Shown piece after piece: positions 29,256 to 39,753 of a DNA stretch of 64,000 nt. Source of the stretch: an uncultured Collinsella sp. Lineage in GTDB: Bacteria; Actinomycetota; Coriobacteriia; Coriobacteriales; Coriobacteriaceae. Made by a program: the position numbers and the translations under genes. Every line of letters starts with the position of its first letter. Positions within the stretch are counted from its first letter, which is position 1. The stretch lies in the NCBI GenBank assembly GCA_900543505.1, contig UQSB01000002.1:15663-79662 (forward strand), in the 5' to 3' direction. Under the pieces are notes generated by a model, which worked only from the letters and a program-made list of their open reading frames with translations, was not told where the DNA came from and ran no database searches.

Positions 29256-30050
29256 ATGCTCGTTTATGTTCGCGGCGCCGGCGATATCGCCACGGGCGTC
29301 GCCGCTCGCTTGGTGCGCGCCGGCGTTTCGGTCGTTATGGCCGATATCGCGGTTCCCACGTGCATCCGCCGCACAATCTGTTTTTGCGAGGCCATTCGCC
29401 TGGGCGAGGTCGAGGTCGAAGGCATTCGCGCTCGCTTGGCACGGACGCCGGCTGAGGCGCTTGAGATTACCGAGGCTGGAGACGTCGCCGTTGTGGTGGA
29501 CCCTCAGGCCAAGATGCTCGATGAGCTTAAACCCGCGGCTGTGGTCGACGCGATTTTGGCTAAGCGCAACTTGGGCACCACGCGCGACATGGCGCCTGCC
29601 GTCATCGCTGTGGGGCCGGGCTTTACCGCGCCGGTTGACTGCGACGCCGTGGTCGAGACCATGCGCGGACATTTTCTCGGCCGTGTCATTACCCAAGGTT
29701 CGCCCCAGCCCAACACGGGCGTGCCGGGCATTATCGCCGGCTATGGCAAGGAACGTGTTATCCACAGCCCCGCCGCCGGCGTGTTTAGGTCCGACCGCAC
29801 CATCGGCGACATCGTGAGTGCCGGCGATGTGATCGGGTATGCGGGTGATACTCCCATGGTCACGCAGATTGACGGCTGCTTGCGCGGGCTTTTGGCGAAC
29901 GGCGTGCAGGTGACTGAGGGCTTTAAATGCGCCGATGTCGATCCGCGCGGCGATGCCAGCTATATCAACTACATTTCGGACAAGGCGACGTCGGTCGGCG
30001 GCGGTGTGCTCGAGGCGCTCGCTATGCTCACCGGTGTCTTTAGAGGATAG
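29256..30050 (+). CDS. yqeB: YqeB-family SDMH maturation protein (stand-alone, not fused to an XdhC-like domain)
   Basis: Family resemblance from recall; immediately followed by an XdhC-family gene. Confidence 0.6.
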   Translation: MLVYVRGAGDIATGVAARLVRAGVSVVMADIAVPTCIRRTICFCEAIRLGEVEVEGIRARLARTPAEALEITEAGDVAVVVDPQAKMLDELKPAAVVDAILAKRNLGTTRDMAPAVIAVGPGFTAPVDCDAVVETMRGHFLGRVITQGSPQPNTGVPGIIAGYGKERVIHSPAAGVFRSDRTIGDIVSAGDVIGYAGDTPMVTQIDGCLRGLLANGVQVTEGFKCADVDPRGDASYINYISDKATSVGGGVLEALAMLTGVFRG

Positions 30051-30059
30051 AAGGCGGCA

Positions 30060-31103
30060 ATGGAAAAGCTCGATGTTGTGAATGCGGCGCTTGCCGCCTT
30101 GCGTGCTGGTGAGACGTGCGAACTGGTGGTAGTGGCCGGCACGGCAGGGTCGTCACCGCGCGGCGTGGGCGCCTGGATGGCCGTCTTTGCCGATGGCAGC
30201 CAGGCGGGCACTATCGGCGGTGGCAAGATTGAACTCTTTGCGCTGGATGAGGCGCGCGAGCTCCTGAGCGCGGGACAGTCGCGTCTGGTCCGCTACACTA
30301 TGGGCGGCGAGAACTCCGATACCGGCATGATCTGCGGCGGAGCCATCTGCTTGTGCTACCTGCATCTGGATGCGACCCAGGTACCGTTGTTCCAGGAAAT
30401 TGCCGACGTCTTGGCCTATCGGCGCATCGGCGACTTCGTCATCGACTTTGAGCCGTTTGTCGCGAGCGCGCTCGAGGGCGATGTGGCCGAGTACCATGGC
30501 GAGGAATCGCGCCGTACCATTGCGGGCTGCCCCGGGCTTTCGCTGGTGGAGGAGGGGAGTAAGGTCAGCTACACCAACGCGGCCTCCGAGATTCCCGTGG
30601 CGCACGTCGAGACGCTCTGCCCCGAGGGCCTGACTTATATCTTTGGCTGCGGCCACGTGGGCGCTGCGACGGCGCGGGTGCTCACGGCGGCGGGTTTTGC
30701 CGTCGTGGCCTGCGACGACCGCCCCGGCACGCTGACCCCCGAATGGGTGCCCGGTGTCTACGACCGTCGTCTGGTCGACTACAAGAACCTGAGCGAGCAG
30801 TGCCCAATCGGCCCGCGCGACCTGGTGGTCGTTGCCACAGCAGGCCACAAGTCCGATATCGACGTGGTGATTCAGGCCATGCGCGCCAAACCCGCCTATC
30901 TGGGCTGTCTGGGTTCGCGCCGCAAGACGGCCTTTGTGCGCGCCCGCCTGGAGCAGGAGGGCTTTACGCAGGACCAGATCGACGGGCTGCACCTGCCGAT
31001 CGGCGTTGCCATCGAGGCCGAGGATCCCGAGGAGATTGCCATCTCCATCGCTGCCGAGATGATCCACCTGCGCCGCACCAAGCTCGTCCCCCGCAAGCGC
31101 TAG
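30060..31103 (+). CDS. xdhC: XdhC/CoxI-family molybdenum-cofactor insertion accessory protein
   Basis: N-terminal XdhC_CoxI domain plus C-terminal Rossmann-like domain (YIFGCGHVGAA). Confidence 0.75.
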   Translation: MEKLDVVNAALAALRAGETCELVVVAGTAGSSPRGVGAWMAVFADGSQAGTIGGGKIELFALDEARELLSAGQSRLVRYTMGGENSDTGMICGGAICLCYLHLDATQVPLFQEIADVLAYRRIGDFVIDFEPFVASALEGDVAEYHGEESRRTIAGCPGLSLVEEGSKVSYTNAASEIPVAHVETLCPEGLTYIFGCGHVGAATARVLTAAGFAVVACDDRPGTLTPEWVPGVYDRRLVDYKNLSEQCPIGPRDLVVVATAGHKSDIDVVIQAMRAKPAYLGCLGSRRKTAFVRARLEQEGFTQDQIDGLHLPIGVAIEAEDPEEIAISIAAEMIHLRRTKLVPRKR

Positions 31104-31124
31104 TCGCATCCCCATCAATAAGAT

Positions 31125-31183
31125 GCGGTGAAATACGGACTGTTTAAGCCGGTTAAGCCGTCAAACAGTCCCTATTTCACCGC
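31125..31183. other. 21-bp-arm inverted repeat (gcggtgaaatacggactgttt ... aaacagtccctatttcaccgc) followed by the GATCCCCTAGGGATC palindrome, at the junction between xdhC and the rplE promoter region
   Basis: 20/21 complementary positions read directly. Confidence 0.55.
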
Positions 31184-31424
31184 AACTGCCATTTTGATCC
31201 CCTAGGGATCAATATGTGCGGGGGAGTTGTGGAGTTGTGCAGGCAGACGAGGTTTTTCTGGAAATACGCTCCCGATGCGCGTATAGTACCGATTGTTTTG
31301 TCGGCTCCTGCTGCGTCGAGTCCAAACCGCGAAATGCCATGAGCGGCGCGGATGCAGCCAGGAGGCACGAGGACAACCCATCGTGGCCACGCCCCGTGCT
31401 TAAAACCCCAAGAAGGAGTGAACA

Positions 31425-31982
31425 ATGGCAGAAGAGAAGTATGTGCCGCGTCTGAAGACCAAGTACAACAACGAGGTCAAGCAGCAGCTTCAGGACAAGT
31501 TCCAGTACGAGAACGTCATGATGATCCCCAAGTTTGAGAAGATCGTCGTGAACATGGGTGTCGGCGAGGCCGCTACCGATTCCAAGGCCATCGACGGTGC
31601 CGTGCGCGACCTGCGCGCCATCACCGGCCAGCAGCCGATGATCACCCGTGCCCGCAAGTCCATCGCTACCTTTCGCCTGCGCGCTGGTATGCCGATCGGC
31701 TGCAAGGTTACCCTGCGTGGCGACCGTATGTGGGAGTTCTTCGATCGTCTGACCTCCGTCGCGATCCCCCGTATCCGCGACTTCCGCGGCATCTCCGCCA
31801 AGAGCTTCGACGGCCGTGGTAACTTCTCCATGGGCGTTACCGAGCAGCTCATCTTCCCCGAGATCGACTTCGACTCCGTCGATCACCAGCGTGGCATGGA
31901 CATCACTTTCGTGACCACCGCCAACACCGATGAGGAGGCCAAGGCCCTTCTGGACGCCTTCGGTTTCCCGTTCAAGAAATAG
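31425..31982 (+). CDS. rplE: 50S ribosomal protein L5
   Basis: Conserved L5 sequence; AAGGAG RBS. Confidence 0.95.
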   Translation: MAEEKYVPRLKTKYNNEVKQQLQDKFQYENVMMIPKFEKIVVNMGVGEAATDSKAIDGAVRDLRAITGQQPMITRARKSIATFRLRAGMPIGCKVTLRGDRMWEFFDRLTSVAIPRIRDFRGISAKSFDGRGNFSMGVTEQLIFPEIDFDSVDHQRGMDITFVTTANTDEEAKALLDAFGFPFKK

Positions 31983-32061
31983 GTTCACCTGCCCTATAAG
32001 CGCCGTTCCCACAAGGGGGCGGCGCTTGGGGCGAACAATACTCTATGTGAGGAGGATATAA

Positions 32062-32247
32062 GTGGCTAAGACATCGATGATCGTCAAGTGCAATCGCAAG
32101 CAGAAGTTCTCTACTCGTGAGTACACGCGCTGCCAGCGCTGCGGCCGTCCGCACTCTGTGTACCGCAAGTTCGGCCTGTGCCGTGTCTGCTTCCGCGAGC
32201 TTGCACTCAAGGGCGAGCTTCCCGGCGTTAAGAAGGCCAGCTGGTAA
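32062..32247 (+). CDS. rpsN: 30S ribosomal protein S14 type Z (zinc-binding)
   Basis: 61 aa with CxxC...CxxC. Confidence 0.95.
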   Translation: MAKTSMIVKCNRKQKFSTREYTRCQRCGRPHSVYRKFGLCRVCFRELALKGELPGVKKASW

Positions 32248-32366
32248 GTCACTACCAGCGTTTCAAGCATCAGTTTGGAACAGGGAAAACGCGCTAAAAA
32301 GGCTTTGCCGTTAAGGGCGGCGAAGAACCAAGAGCACGTGTTCATCAAGAACGAAGGAGAATCTGT

Positions 32367-32765
32367 ATGAACCTTACAGACCCGATCGCAGATATGCTTA
32401 CGCGCATCCGTAACGCTAACTCTGTGAACAAGGCCACGGTCTCCATGCCGAGCAGCAAGAAGCTCGTCGAGATCGCTCGTGTTCTGCACGAGGAGGGCTA
32501 CATCGAGGGCTACGATGTCGAGGACACCGTTCCCCAGAAGACTCTGCACATCACGCTTAAGTATGGTCCCAAGAAGGCTAAGGTCATCAACGGCATCCGC
32601 CGCATTTCCAAGCCGGGCCTGCGTAAGTACACCGGCGTTGCCGACATGCCCCGCGTCCGCGGCGGCCTTGGTACCGCCATTATTTCCACCAGCCATGGCG
32701 TCATGACCGACCGCGATGCTCGCAAGCACAACGTCGGCGGCGAGATCATCGCTTACGTCTGGTAA
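32367..32765 (+). CDS. rpsH: 30S ribosomal protein S8
   Basis: Conserved S8 sequence. Confidence 0.95.
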   Translation: MNLTDPIADMLTRIRNANSVNKATVSMPSSKKLVEIARVLHEEGYIEGYDVEDTVPQKTLHITLKYGPKKAKVINGIRRISKPGLRKYTGVADMPRVRGGLGTAIISTSHGVMTDRDARKHNVGGEIIAYVW

Positions 32766-32798
32766 TTCGCTCGGTAGGTAGAAGGAAAGGAGATCACC

Positions 32799-33335
32799 GT
32801 GTCTCGTATCGGTAATAAGCCTGTCCAGATTCCCGCCGGAGTCGAAGTGGCAGTCAACGGCAACAACGTTGTCGTCAAGGGCCCCAAGGGCCAGCTCGAG
32901 CTCGATGTCTTTGAGAAGCTCGCTATCAACGTCGAGGACAACGTCCTCACCGTTTCCCGTCCCGACGACGAGCGTGAGACCCGTGCCCGCCACGGCCTCA
33001 CCCGCGCCCTCATCCACAACATGGTTGTCGGCGTTTCCGAGGGCTTCGAGAAGAAGCTCGAGCTCGCCGGCGTCGGTTACCGCGTGCAGCAGAAGGGCAA
33101 GAACCTCGAGTTCTCCCTGGGCTTCTCGCACCCCGTGATCGTCGAGGCTCCCGAGGGCATCACCTTCGAGGTTCCCGACAACACCCACGTGAACGTCAAG
33201 GGTATCAACAAGCAGCAGGTCGGTCAGATCGCCGCTGAGATCCGCGGCCATCGTCCTCCCGAGCCTTACAAGGGCAAGGGTATCCACTACGTTGGCGAGC
33301 ACATCCGCCGCAAGCTGGGTAAGGCCGCCAAGTAG
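32799..33335 (+). CDS. rplF: 50S ribosomal protein L6
   Basis: Conserved L6 sequence. Confidence 0.95.
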   Translation: MSRIGNKPVQIPAGVEVAVNGNNVVVKGPKGQLELDVFEKLAINVEDNVLTVSRPDDERETRARHGLTRALIHNMVVGVSEGFEKKLELAGVGYRVQQKGKNLEFSLGFSHPVIVEAPEGITFEVPDNTHVNVKGINKQQVGQIAAEIRGHRPPEPYKGKGIHYVGEHIRRKLGKAAK

Positions 33336-33410
33336 TCGTAACCGACTCACTCGCATAAGACCAGCACCCCGTCAGGTGCTGGCAAGATCAACCTTTTTAG
33401 GAGTTTACGT

Positions 33411-33779
33411 ATGAACAAGCATAAGGCGAAGCTGGAAGGCCTCAAGCGTCGTCAGCGTCGTGTTCGCGGCAAGGTCTCGGGTACCTCCGAGCGTCCGCGT
33501 CTTCGCGTGACCCGTACTAACGCCAACATCTATGCCCAGATCATCGACGACAGCAAGGGCTCTAGCCTGACGCTCGTCTCTGCCTCGACCCTCGAGGCCG
33601 AGTTCAAGGGCACCCACACCTCGAACAAGGAGGCTGCGGAGAAGGTCGGTCAGCTCGTTGGCAAGCGCGCCATCGAGGCCGGCATCACCAAGGTCGCCTT
33701 CGATCGCGGTGGCCGTATCTACCATGGCCGCGTCAAGGCCCTCGCCGACGGTGCTCGTGCCGCCGGTCTCGAGTTCTAG
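33411..33779 (+). CDS. rplR: 50S ribosomal protein L18
   Basis: Conserved L18 sequence. Confidence 0.95.
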   Translation: MNKHKAKLEGLKRRQRRVRGKVSGTSERPRLRVTRTNANIYAQIIDDSKGSSLTLVSASTLEAEFKGTHTSNKEAAEKVGQLVGKRAIEAGITKVAFDRGGRIYHGRVKALADGARAAGLEF

Positions 33780-33793
33780 GAGGTATGTAGCAC

Positions 33794-34318
33794 ATGGCTC
33801 GTAATCAGAAGCAGCAGCGCGAGGCCTCCGAGTTCGAGGAGCGCGTCGTTTACATCAACCGCGTGTCGAAGACCGTCAAGGGTGGTCGTCGCATGAGCCT
33901 CGTCGCTCTCGTCGTCGTTGGCGACGGCAAGGGTAACGTCGGCGTTGGCATGGGCAAGTCCGCTGAGGTGCCCCTGGCCATCTCCAAGGCGTCTCTCGAT
34001 GCCAAGAAGAACATGTTCCACGTGCCGGTGACCGAGCAGGGCACCATCCCGCACGAGGTTCTCGGCCACTTTGGTGCCGGCCGCATCATCATCAAGCCCG
34101 CTGTCGAGGGTACCGGCGTTATCGCCGGCGGCGCTGTGCGTCCCCTCTTCGAGCTTGCTGGCATCAAGAACGTCCTGTCCAAGTCCCTCGGTACCGACAA
34201 CGGCCTCAACATCATCAAGGCTGCCGTCGAGGGCCTCAAGGAGCTCTCCAGCCCTGAGGACGTCGCGGCTCGCCGTGGCCTGACGGTCTCCGAGATGTTC
34301 GTCGGTAAGGAGAACTAA
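33794..34318 (+). CDS. rpsE: 30S ribosomal protein S5
   Basis: Conserved S5 sequence. Confidence 0.95.
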   Translation: MARNQKQQREASEFEERVVYINRVSKTVKGGRRMSLVALVVVGDGKGNVGVGMGKSAEVPLAISKASLDAKKNMFHVPVTEQGTIPHEVLGHFGAGRIIIKPAVEGTGVIAGGAVRPLFELAGIKNVLSKSLGTDNGLNIIKAAVEGLKELSSPEDVAARRGLTVSEMFVGKEN

Positions 34319-34320
34319 GC

Positions 34321-34503
34321 ATGGCTGACACCATCAAGATCAAGCAGGTCCGCAGCACCAACGGTTGCAAGCAGGACCAGGTCCGTACTGTCCGTGCCCT
34401 CGGTCTCCACAGGATCCGCGAGGTTCGCGAGATTGCTGACAACGAGTCCGTCCGCGGCATGATCTTCAAGGTCAAGCACCTTGTCGAGATTGTAGAGGAG
34501 TAG
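34321..34503 (+). CDS. rpmD: 50S ribosomal protein L30
   Basis: 60 aa L30. Confidence 0.9.
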   Translation: MADTIKIKQVRSTNGCKQDQVRTVRALGLHRIREVREIADNESVRGMIFKVKHLVEIVEE

Positions 34504-34506
34504 CAA

Positions 34507-34956
34507 ATGCAGCTTCACGATCTTACTCCCGCGCCCGGTTCCACCAAGAACCGCAAGCGCGTCGGCCGTGGCAATTCTTCGGGTCACGGCACCACTTCTG
34601 GCCGCGGCCAGAAGGGCCAGGGTTCCCGCTCTGGCGGCACCAAGGGTGCCGGCTTCGAGGGTGGCCAGACTCCGCTGGCTATGCGCCTGCCCAAGCTTCC
34701 GGGCTTCCGCAACCCCCGTCGTATCGAGTACACCGCTGTTAACGTTGAGCGTCTCGAGCGTAAGTTCGAGGATGGCGCTGTGATCGACGGTGCCGCTCTT
34801 AAGGCCGCTCGCATCACCAAGAGCGAGTTCGAGCCCGTCAAGGTGCTCGGCAATGGTGAGCTCACCAAGAAGTTCACGGTCAAGGTCGACAAGGTAAGCG
34901 CTTCTGCGCAGGCCAAGATCGAGGCCGCCGGCGGAAAGGTCGAGCTGCCGTGCTAA
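34507..34956 (+). CDS. rplO: 50S ribosomal protein L15
   Basis: Conserved L15 sequence. Confidence 0.95.
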   Translation: MQLHDLTPAPGSTKNRKRVGRGNSSGHGTTSGRGQKGQGSRSGGTKGAGFEGGQTPLAMRLPKLPGFRNPRRIEYTAVNVERLERKFEDGAVIDGAALKAARITKSEFEPVKVLGNGELTKKFTVKVDKVSASAQAKIEAAGGKVELPC

Positions 34957-36236
34957 ATGGTCTTAAGAATGCTTTCCGCATCAAAGAATTGCGCGAAAAG
35001 ATTCTTTTTACCATAGCTATGCTCGTCGTGTACCGCATTGGTGCGCACGTTCCTGTGCCCGGCATTCCCTTCCAGGGGATGCTGGGCCTTTTCTCGACCG
35101 ATAACAATTCGGTCGCCGCAGGTGCTATGGCCCTCCTGAATCTTTTCTCTGGCGGCGCGTTGAGCTATGTGTCGGTGTTTTCGCTGGGCATCATGCCTTA
35201 CATCACCAGCTCGATCATCCTCCAGATGCTCCAGGCCGTCGTGCCTTCCCTGCATGAGCTTGCCCGCGAGGGCGAGGTCGGTCAGACCAAGATTACGCAG
35301 TATTCGCGTTACCTCACCCTGGCTCTGGCAATCCTCAACTCCGTGGGTTACCTCTTCCTCTTTAAGAGCTTCGGCATCAGCTTTAATGGCGCCGGCGCTC
35401 CCGAGATCATCTTCGACCTCATGATCGTCGGTACGCTCACCGCAGGCGCTATGCTGATCATGTGGATTGGTGAGCTCATCACCCAGCGCGGTATTGGCAA
35501 TGGCATGTCGCTGATCATCTTTGCGAACATCATGGCCGGCCTTCCGCAGGCTATCTTCTCCAGCACCGAGGGTAATGCCGGTGGCATCATCACCATGGTG
35601 ATCATCTGCGCCATCATCCTGCTGGTTATCCCGCTGATTGTTTTCCTTGAGCGCGGCCAGCGCCGCATCCCGGTCTCCTATGCCAAGCGCGTCGTGGGCC
35701 GTCGCATGATGGGTGGCCAGACCACCTACCTGCCCATCAAGGTCAACACCGCGGGCGTCGTGCCGATCATCTTTGCCTCGGCGCTGCTGTACTTCCCGGC
35801 TCAGATTGCCGTGTTCTTCCCCGGCATCGGCTGGATTCAGGCAGTTGCCTCTGCGCTTTCGACCGGTTGGCTCAACTGGGTGCTTAACGTTGTCCTCATC
35901 GTGTTCTTCGCGTACTTCTACACCTCCATGGTGTTCAACCCCGATGACACGGCCGACAACCTTAAGAAGCAGGGTGGCTTTATTCCGGGCGTCCGTCCGG
36001 GTAGGGCTACCGCGGCCTACATCAAGAACGCGCTCAACAAGATCACGCTTCCCAGCGCTGTCTTTTTGGCGCTCATCGCCATCGTGCCTTCGATCATCTT
36101 CTCCTTCACGGGTAACCATCTGATCCAGGCATTTGGCGGCACGTCCATCCTCATCATGGTCGGCGTCGTGCTCGACACGGTCGATAAGCTCGAAGGCCAG
36201 ATCAAGATGTATGATTACGATGGATTCTTTAAATAG
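34950..36236 (+). CDS. secY: Preprotein translocase subunit SecY (GTG start overlapping the rplO stop)
   Basis: SecY TM topology and motifs; operon position. Confidence 0.95.
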   Translation: MLNGLKNAFRIKELREKILFTIAMLVVYRIGAHVPVPGIPFQGMLGLFSTDNNSVAAGAMALLNLFSGGALSYVSVFSLGIMPYITSSIILQMLQAVVPSLHELAREGEVGQTKITQYSRYLTLALAILNSVGYLFLFKSFGISFNGAGAPEIIFDLMIVGTLTAGAMLIMWIGELITQRGIGNGMSLIIFANIMAGLPQAIFSSTEGNAGGIITMVIICAIILLVIPLIVFLERGQRRIPVSYAKRVVGRRMMGGQTTYLPIKVNTAGVVPIIFASALLYFPAQIAVFFPGIGWIQAVASALSTGWLNWVLNVVLIVFFAYFYTSMVFNPDDTADNLKKQGGFIPGVRPGRATAAYIKNALNKITLPSAVFLALIAIVPSIIFSFTGNHLIQAFGGTSILIMVGVVLDTVDKLEGQIKMYDYDGFFK

Positions 36237-36248
36237 GCTAGAGGAGGA

Positions 36249-36881
36249 TTGCTCATGAACCTCGTATTGCTCGGAGCTCCGGGTGCCGGTAAGGGCACCG
36301 TCGCGCAGGAGCTCGTCGCCGAGTTTGGCGTCGCTCACATTTCCACGGGCGACCTGCTGCGTGCTGCCGTCAAGGGTGGCACCGAGCTTGGTATTCAGGC
36401 TAAGAAGTACATGGACGCTGGCGAGCTCGTTCCCGACCAGCTCGTGATCGACCTTGTCAAGGAGCGCCTTGCCGCCGACGATGCCCAGCAGGGCTTTATT
36501 CTCGACGGCTTCCCGCGCAACACCGCCCAGGCTGTGACGCTCGATTCCGAGCTCTCCGCCATGGGTCGCGAGATCGATTGCGCCCTTTTGGTCGATGTGG
36601 CCCCTGAGGTCATTATCGATCGTCTGTCTTCGCGTCGCACCTGCCGCGCCTGCGGTTACACCGGCACCGCTGCCGATGCTACCTGCCCCAAGTGCGCCGG
36701 CGAGATGTATCAGCGCGACGACGACAAGCCCGAGACCATCAAGAACCGTCTCGACGTCTACGAGAAGTCCACGAGCCCGCTCGTCGACTACTATCGTGGC
36801 CAGGGTCTGCTCAAGTCGGTCAACGGTGACCAGGCTCGCGAGACCGTGTACGGGGATGTCAAAGAGGCTCTCGGTCTATGA
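36249..36881 (+). CDS. adk: Adenylate kinase (zinc-lid type)
   Basis: GAPGAGKGT P-loop, CxxC...CxxC lid. Confidence 0.95.
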   Translation: MLMNLVLLGAPGAGKGTVAQELVAEFGVAHISTGDLLRAAVKGGTELGIQAKKYMDAGELVPDQLVIDLVKERLAADDAQQGFILDGFPRNTAQAVTLDSELSAMGREIDCALLVDVAPEVIIDRLSSRRTCRACGYTGTAADATCPKCAGEMYQRDDDKPETIKNRLDVYEKSTSPLVDYYRGQGLLKSVNGDQARETVYGDVKEALGL

Positions 36882-37666
36882 TCAAGATTAAGTCTGCAAC
36901 GCAAATCGAGCAGATGAAGAAGGCAGGAGCGCTATCTAAGATGGCGCTCCGCCACGTTGGAGCCATGGTGCGCCCTGGTGTTTCGACCTTTGAGCTCGAT
37001 CAGCTCGCGGAGCAGATTATCCGCATGCATGGCGGCACCCCGGCCTTTAAGGGTTACGGCGGGTTCCCGGGAACCATTTGCGCATCGATTAACGATGCCG
37101 TGGTCCACGGTATTCCCAACCCCGACATGATTCTGCGCGATGGCGATATCATCTCCATCGATACGGGAGCCGTTGTCGACGGTTGGGTTGGCGATAATGC
37201 TTGGACGTTTTTCGTCGGCACCCCTACGCCCGAGGCCAAGGCCCTGTGCGAGGTCACGCGCGATTGCCTTAAGGCTGCCATCGAGCAGGCTGTTCCCGGT
37301 AACCATATCGGGGACGTCGGTTATGCCGTTCAGTCCCTCGCCGAGTCTCACGGTTACGGCGTGCTTCGTGATTATGTGGGCCATGGCATTGGCCGCGTGA
37401 TGCACGAGGACCCCAACGTTCCTAACTATGGAAAGAAGGGGAGGGGCGTTCGCCTCCAGGCCGGCATGGTCATTGCCATCGAGCCGATGGTTACGATGGG
37501 TTCCAACCATGTGAGCACGGGCTCCGACGGTTGGATTGTTACGACCAACGACCACCTGCCCGCCGCGCACTACGAGAACACCGTCGCCATTACCAATGAC
37601 GGTCCGGTGATTCTCACCACCGACGCGCAAGGTGCTTGGTGTTCCTTGCAGGGCGGTGAAATGTAG
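36878..37666 (+). CDS. map: Type I methionine aminopeptidase
   Basis: Conserved MetAP motifs. Confidence 0.95.
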   Translation: MIKIKSATQIEQMKKAGALSKMALRHVGAMVRPGVSTFELDQLAEQIIRMHGGTPAFKGYGGFPGTICASINDAVVHGIPNPDMILRDGDIISIDTGAVVDGWVGDNAWTFFVGTPTPEAKALCEVTRDCLKAAIEQAVPGNHIGDVGYAVQSLAESHGYGVLRDYVGHGIGRVMHEDPNVPNYGKKGRGVRLQAGMVIAIEPMVTMGSNHVSTGSDGWIVTTNDHLPAAHYENTVAITNDGPVILTTDAQGAWCSLQGGEM

Positions 37667-37808
37667 GGGCCGCGTTCAAACACGTCGGCATCTACATTTC
37701 TGAAAAGTAACAAGTTCCGCTTAGTTGTGGAGCCATTACGAAGATATTACGATACGTGCATGCGTATTGTAGAATACTCAATCGCTGTCGTTTTCTAGAG
37801 AAAGATGA

Positions 37809-38033
37809 TTGCTTGTGAAGAAGGAAGACGCAATTGAGCTCGAGGGTACGGTAAAGGAACCGTTGCCCAATGCCATGTTTAAGGTTGAGCTCGAGAACGG
37901 TCATTCGGTTCTGTGCAACATTTCTGGCAAGATCCGAATGAATTACATCCGTATTCTCCCCGGTGACAGGGTTGTCGTGGAGCTTTCCCCGTACGACCTG
38001 ACCCGCGGTCGCATCACCTATCGCTACAAATAG
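37809..38033 (+). CDS. infA: Translation initiation factor IF-1 (start may be the GTG at 37815)
   Basis: Conserved S1-like IF-1 sequence. Confidence 0.9.
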   Translation: MLVKKEDAIELEGTVKEPLPNAMFKVELENGHSVLCNISGKIRMNYIRILPGDRVVVELSPYDLTRGRITYRYK

Positions 38034-38183
38034 CGGCACGCATACACGCACTCCATTTCCGGCTGCAGGCTTAGCTCAACCTACGGTCGGATTGTGTGTG
38101 AAGACCAGCCATAGTTTTAAACGCCTGCGGCTGGGCGAGTAGATAGTAGGGAAGTAGTTTGAGCGCTACCGAAAGGAAGAACG

Positions 38184-38297
38184 ATGAAGGTACGTCCTTC
38201 GGTCAAGAAGATGTGCGATAAGTGCAAAATCATTAGGCGCCATGGCAAGGTCCTCGTCATTTGCGAGAACCCCCGTCATAAGCAGCGTCAGGGTTAA
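38184..38297 (+). CDS. rpmJ: 50S ribosomal protein L36 (37 aa; below the ORF-track size cutoff)
   Basis: Translated by hand: [37 protein letters not shown]; GAAAGGAAG RBS. Confidence 0.9.
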   Translation: MKVRPSVKKMCDKCKIIRRHGKVLVICENPRHKQRQG

Positions 38298-38311
38298 GAG
38301 AGGAGACTACG

Positions 38312-38686
38312 TTGGCCCGTATTAATGGTGTCGACCTCCCGCGTGAGAAGCGCGTTGAGATCGGTCTGACCTACATTTACGGCATCGGCCGCACCACTGC
38401 GACGAAGATCTGCGTCGAGTGCAACGTTAACGTGGATACGCGCGTTAAGGACCTCACCGAGGATGAGGTTAACGCCATCCGCGATTATATCGATAAGAAC
38501 CAGATCATGGTTGAGGGCGACCTCCGCCGTGAGCGCAACCAGAACGTCAAGCGCCTTATGGACATCGGCTGCAACCGCGGCCTTCGTCACCGCAAGGGCC
38601 TCCCGGTCCGCGGCCAGCGCACCCACACTAACGCTCGTACCCGCAAGGGCCCGAAGCGTCAGATCGGTGCTAAGAAGAAGAAATAA
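38312..38686 (+). CDS. rpsM: 30S ribosomal protein S13
   Basis: Conserved S13 sequence. Confidence 0.95.
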   Translation: MARINGVDLPREKRVEIGLTYIYGIGRTTATKICVECNVNVDTRVKDLTEDEVNAIRDYIDKNQIMVEGDLRRERNQNVKRLMDIGCNRGLRHRKGLPVRGQRTHTNARTRKGPKRQIGAKKKK

Positions 38687-38700
38687 GGAGCGCTAGATAG

Positions 38701-39105
38701 ATGGCTACTGCTAAGAAGAACGTTCGCGCTGCCCGTCTGAAGCGCGCGGACCGTAAGAACATTTCCGTGGGCCAGGCTCACATTCGTTCTACGTTCAACA
38801 ACACGATCGTTTCGATCACCGATCCCCAGGGCAACGTCATTTCCTGGAAGTCGGCTGGCCAGGTGGGCTTCAAGGGCTCCCGTAAGTCCACGCCGTTCGC
38901 TGCCCAGATGGCTGCCGAGGCTGCTGCCAAGCAGGCCATGGAGCACGGTATGAAGAAGGTTTCCGTCTTCGTCAAGGGCCCCGGCTCCGGTCGTGAGACC
39001 GCCATCCGCTCCCTCCAGGCTGCTGGCCTCGAGGTCTCGAGCATCCAGGACAAGACCCCCATTCCGCACAACGGCTGCCGCCCCAAGAAGCGTCGCCGCG
39101 TGTAA
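38701..39105 (+). CDS. rpsK: 30S ribosomal protein S11
   Basis: Conserved S11 sequence. Confidence 0.95.
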   Translation: MATAKKNVRAARLKRADRKNISVGQAHIRSTFNNTIVSITDPQGNVISWKSAGQVGFKGSRKSTPFAAQMAAEAAAKQAMEHGMKKVSVFVKGPGSGRETAIRSLQAAGLEVSSIQDKTPIPHNGCRPKKRRRV

Positions 39106-39124
39106 CTGAAAGGATCGTATCAAT

Positions 39125-39721
39125 ATGGCAATCGACAGGACTCCTGTTCTTAAGCGCTGCCGTCAGCTCGGGATCGATCCCGCTGAGCTCGGTTACAGCA
39201 GCAAGAAGGAATCTATCCGTCAGCCCAAGCGCCGTCGCAAGGAATCTGAGTACGGCATGCAGCTGCGCGAGAAGCAGAAGGTCAAGTTCATCTATGGCGT
39301 TCTGGAGAAGCAGTTCCACGGCTACTTCAACAAGGCCCGTAAGATGAACGGCGTCACCGGTGAGAACCTCATGATCATCCTTGAGTCTCGCCTCGACAAC
39401 GTCGTCTTCCGTCTTGGCTTCGCCCGCACCCGCAAAGAGGCTCGTCAGTCCGTCCGTCACGGTCACTTCACCGTGAACGGCAAGCGCGTGGACATCCCGT
39501 CCTACCGCGTCAAGGCCGGCGACGTCGTCGCTGTCGGCGAGAAGTTCCGTGACCTCCTCCCCATCAAGGAGGCCCTGATTTCCTCCGAGCGCTTTGAGGT
39601 CCCTGGCTGGCTCGAGGTCGATATCGAGAAGCTGTCTGGTAACGTGCTCGCTCTGCCGACGCGTGAGCAGATCAGCGGTGATATCAACGAGCAGCTCATC
39701 GTCGAGCTCTACTCTAAGTAG
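39125..39721 (+). CDS. rpsD: 30S ribosomal protein S4
   Basis: Conserved S4 sequence. Confidence 0.95.
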   Translation: MAIDRTPVLKRCRQLGIDPAELGYSSKKESIRQPKRRRKESEYGMQLREKQKVKFIYGVLEKQFHGYFNKARKMNGVTGENLMIILESRLDNVVFRLGFARTRKEARQSVRHGHFTVNGKRVDIPSYRVKAGDVVAVGEKFRDLLPIKEALISSERFEVPGWLEVDIEKLSGNVLALPTREQISGDINEQLIVELYSK

Positions 39722-39753
39722 TCCATCCGGGCTGCTGAGGCTGGAGGTAATAC

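Noticed and set aside
31209-32012. 267-aa minus-strand ORF
   Set aside because: Antisense to rplE, a highly conserved ribosomal gene on the plus strand.
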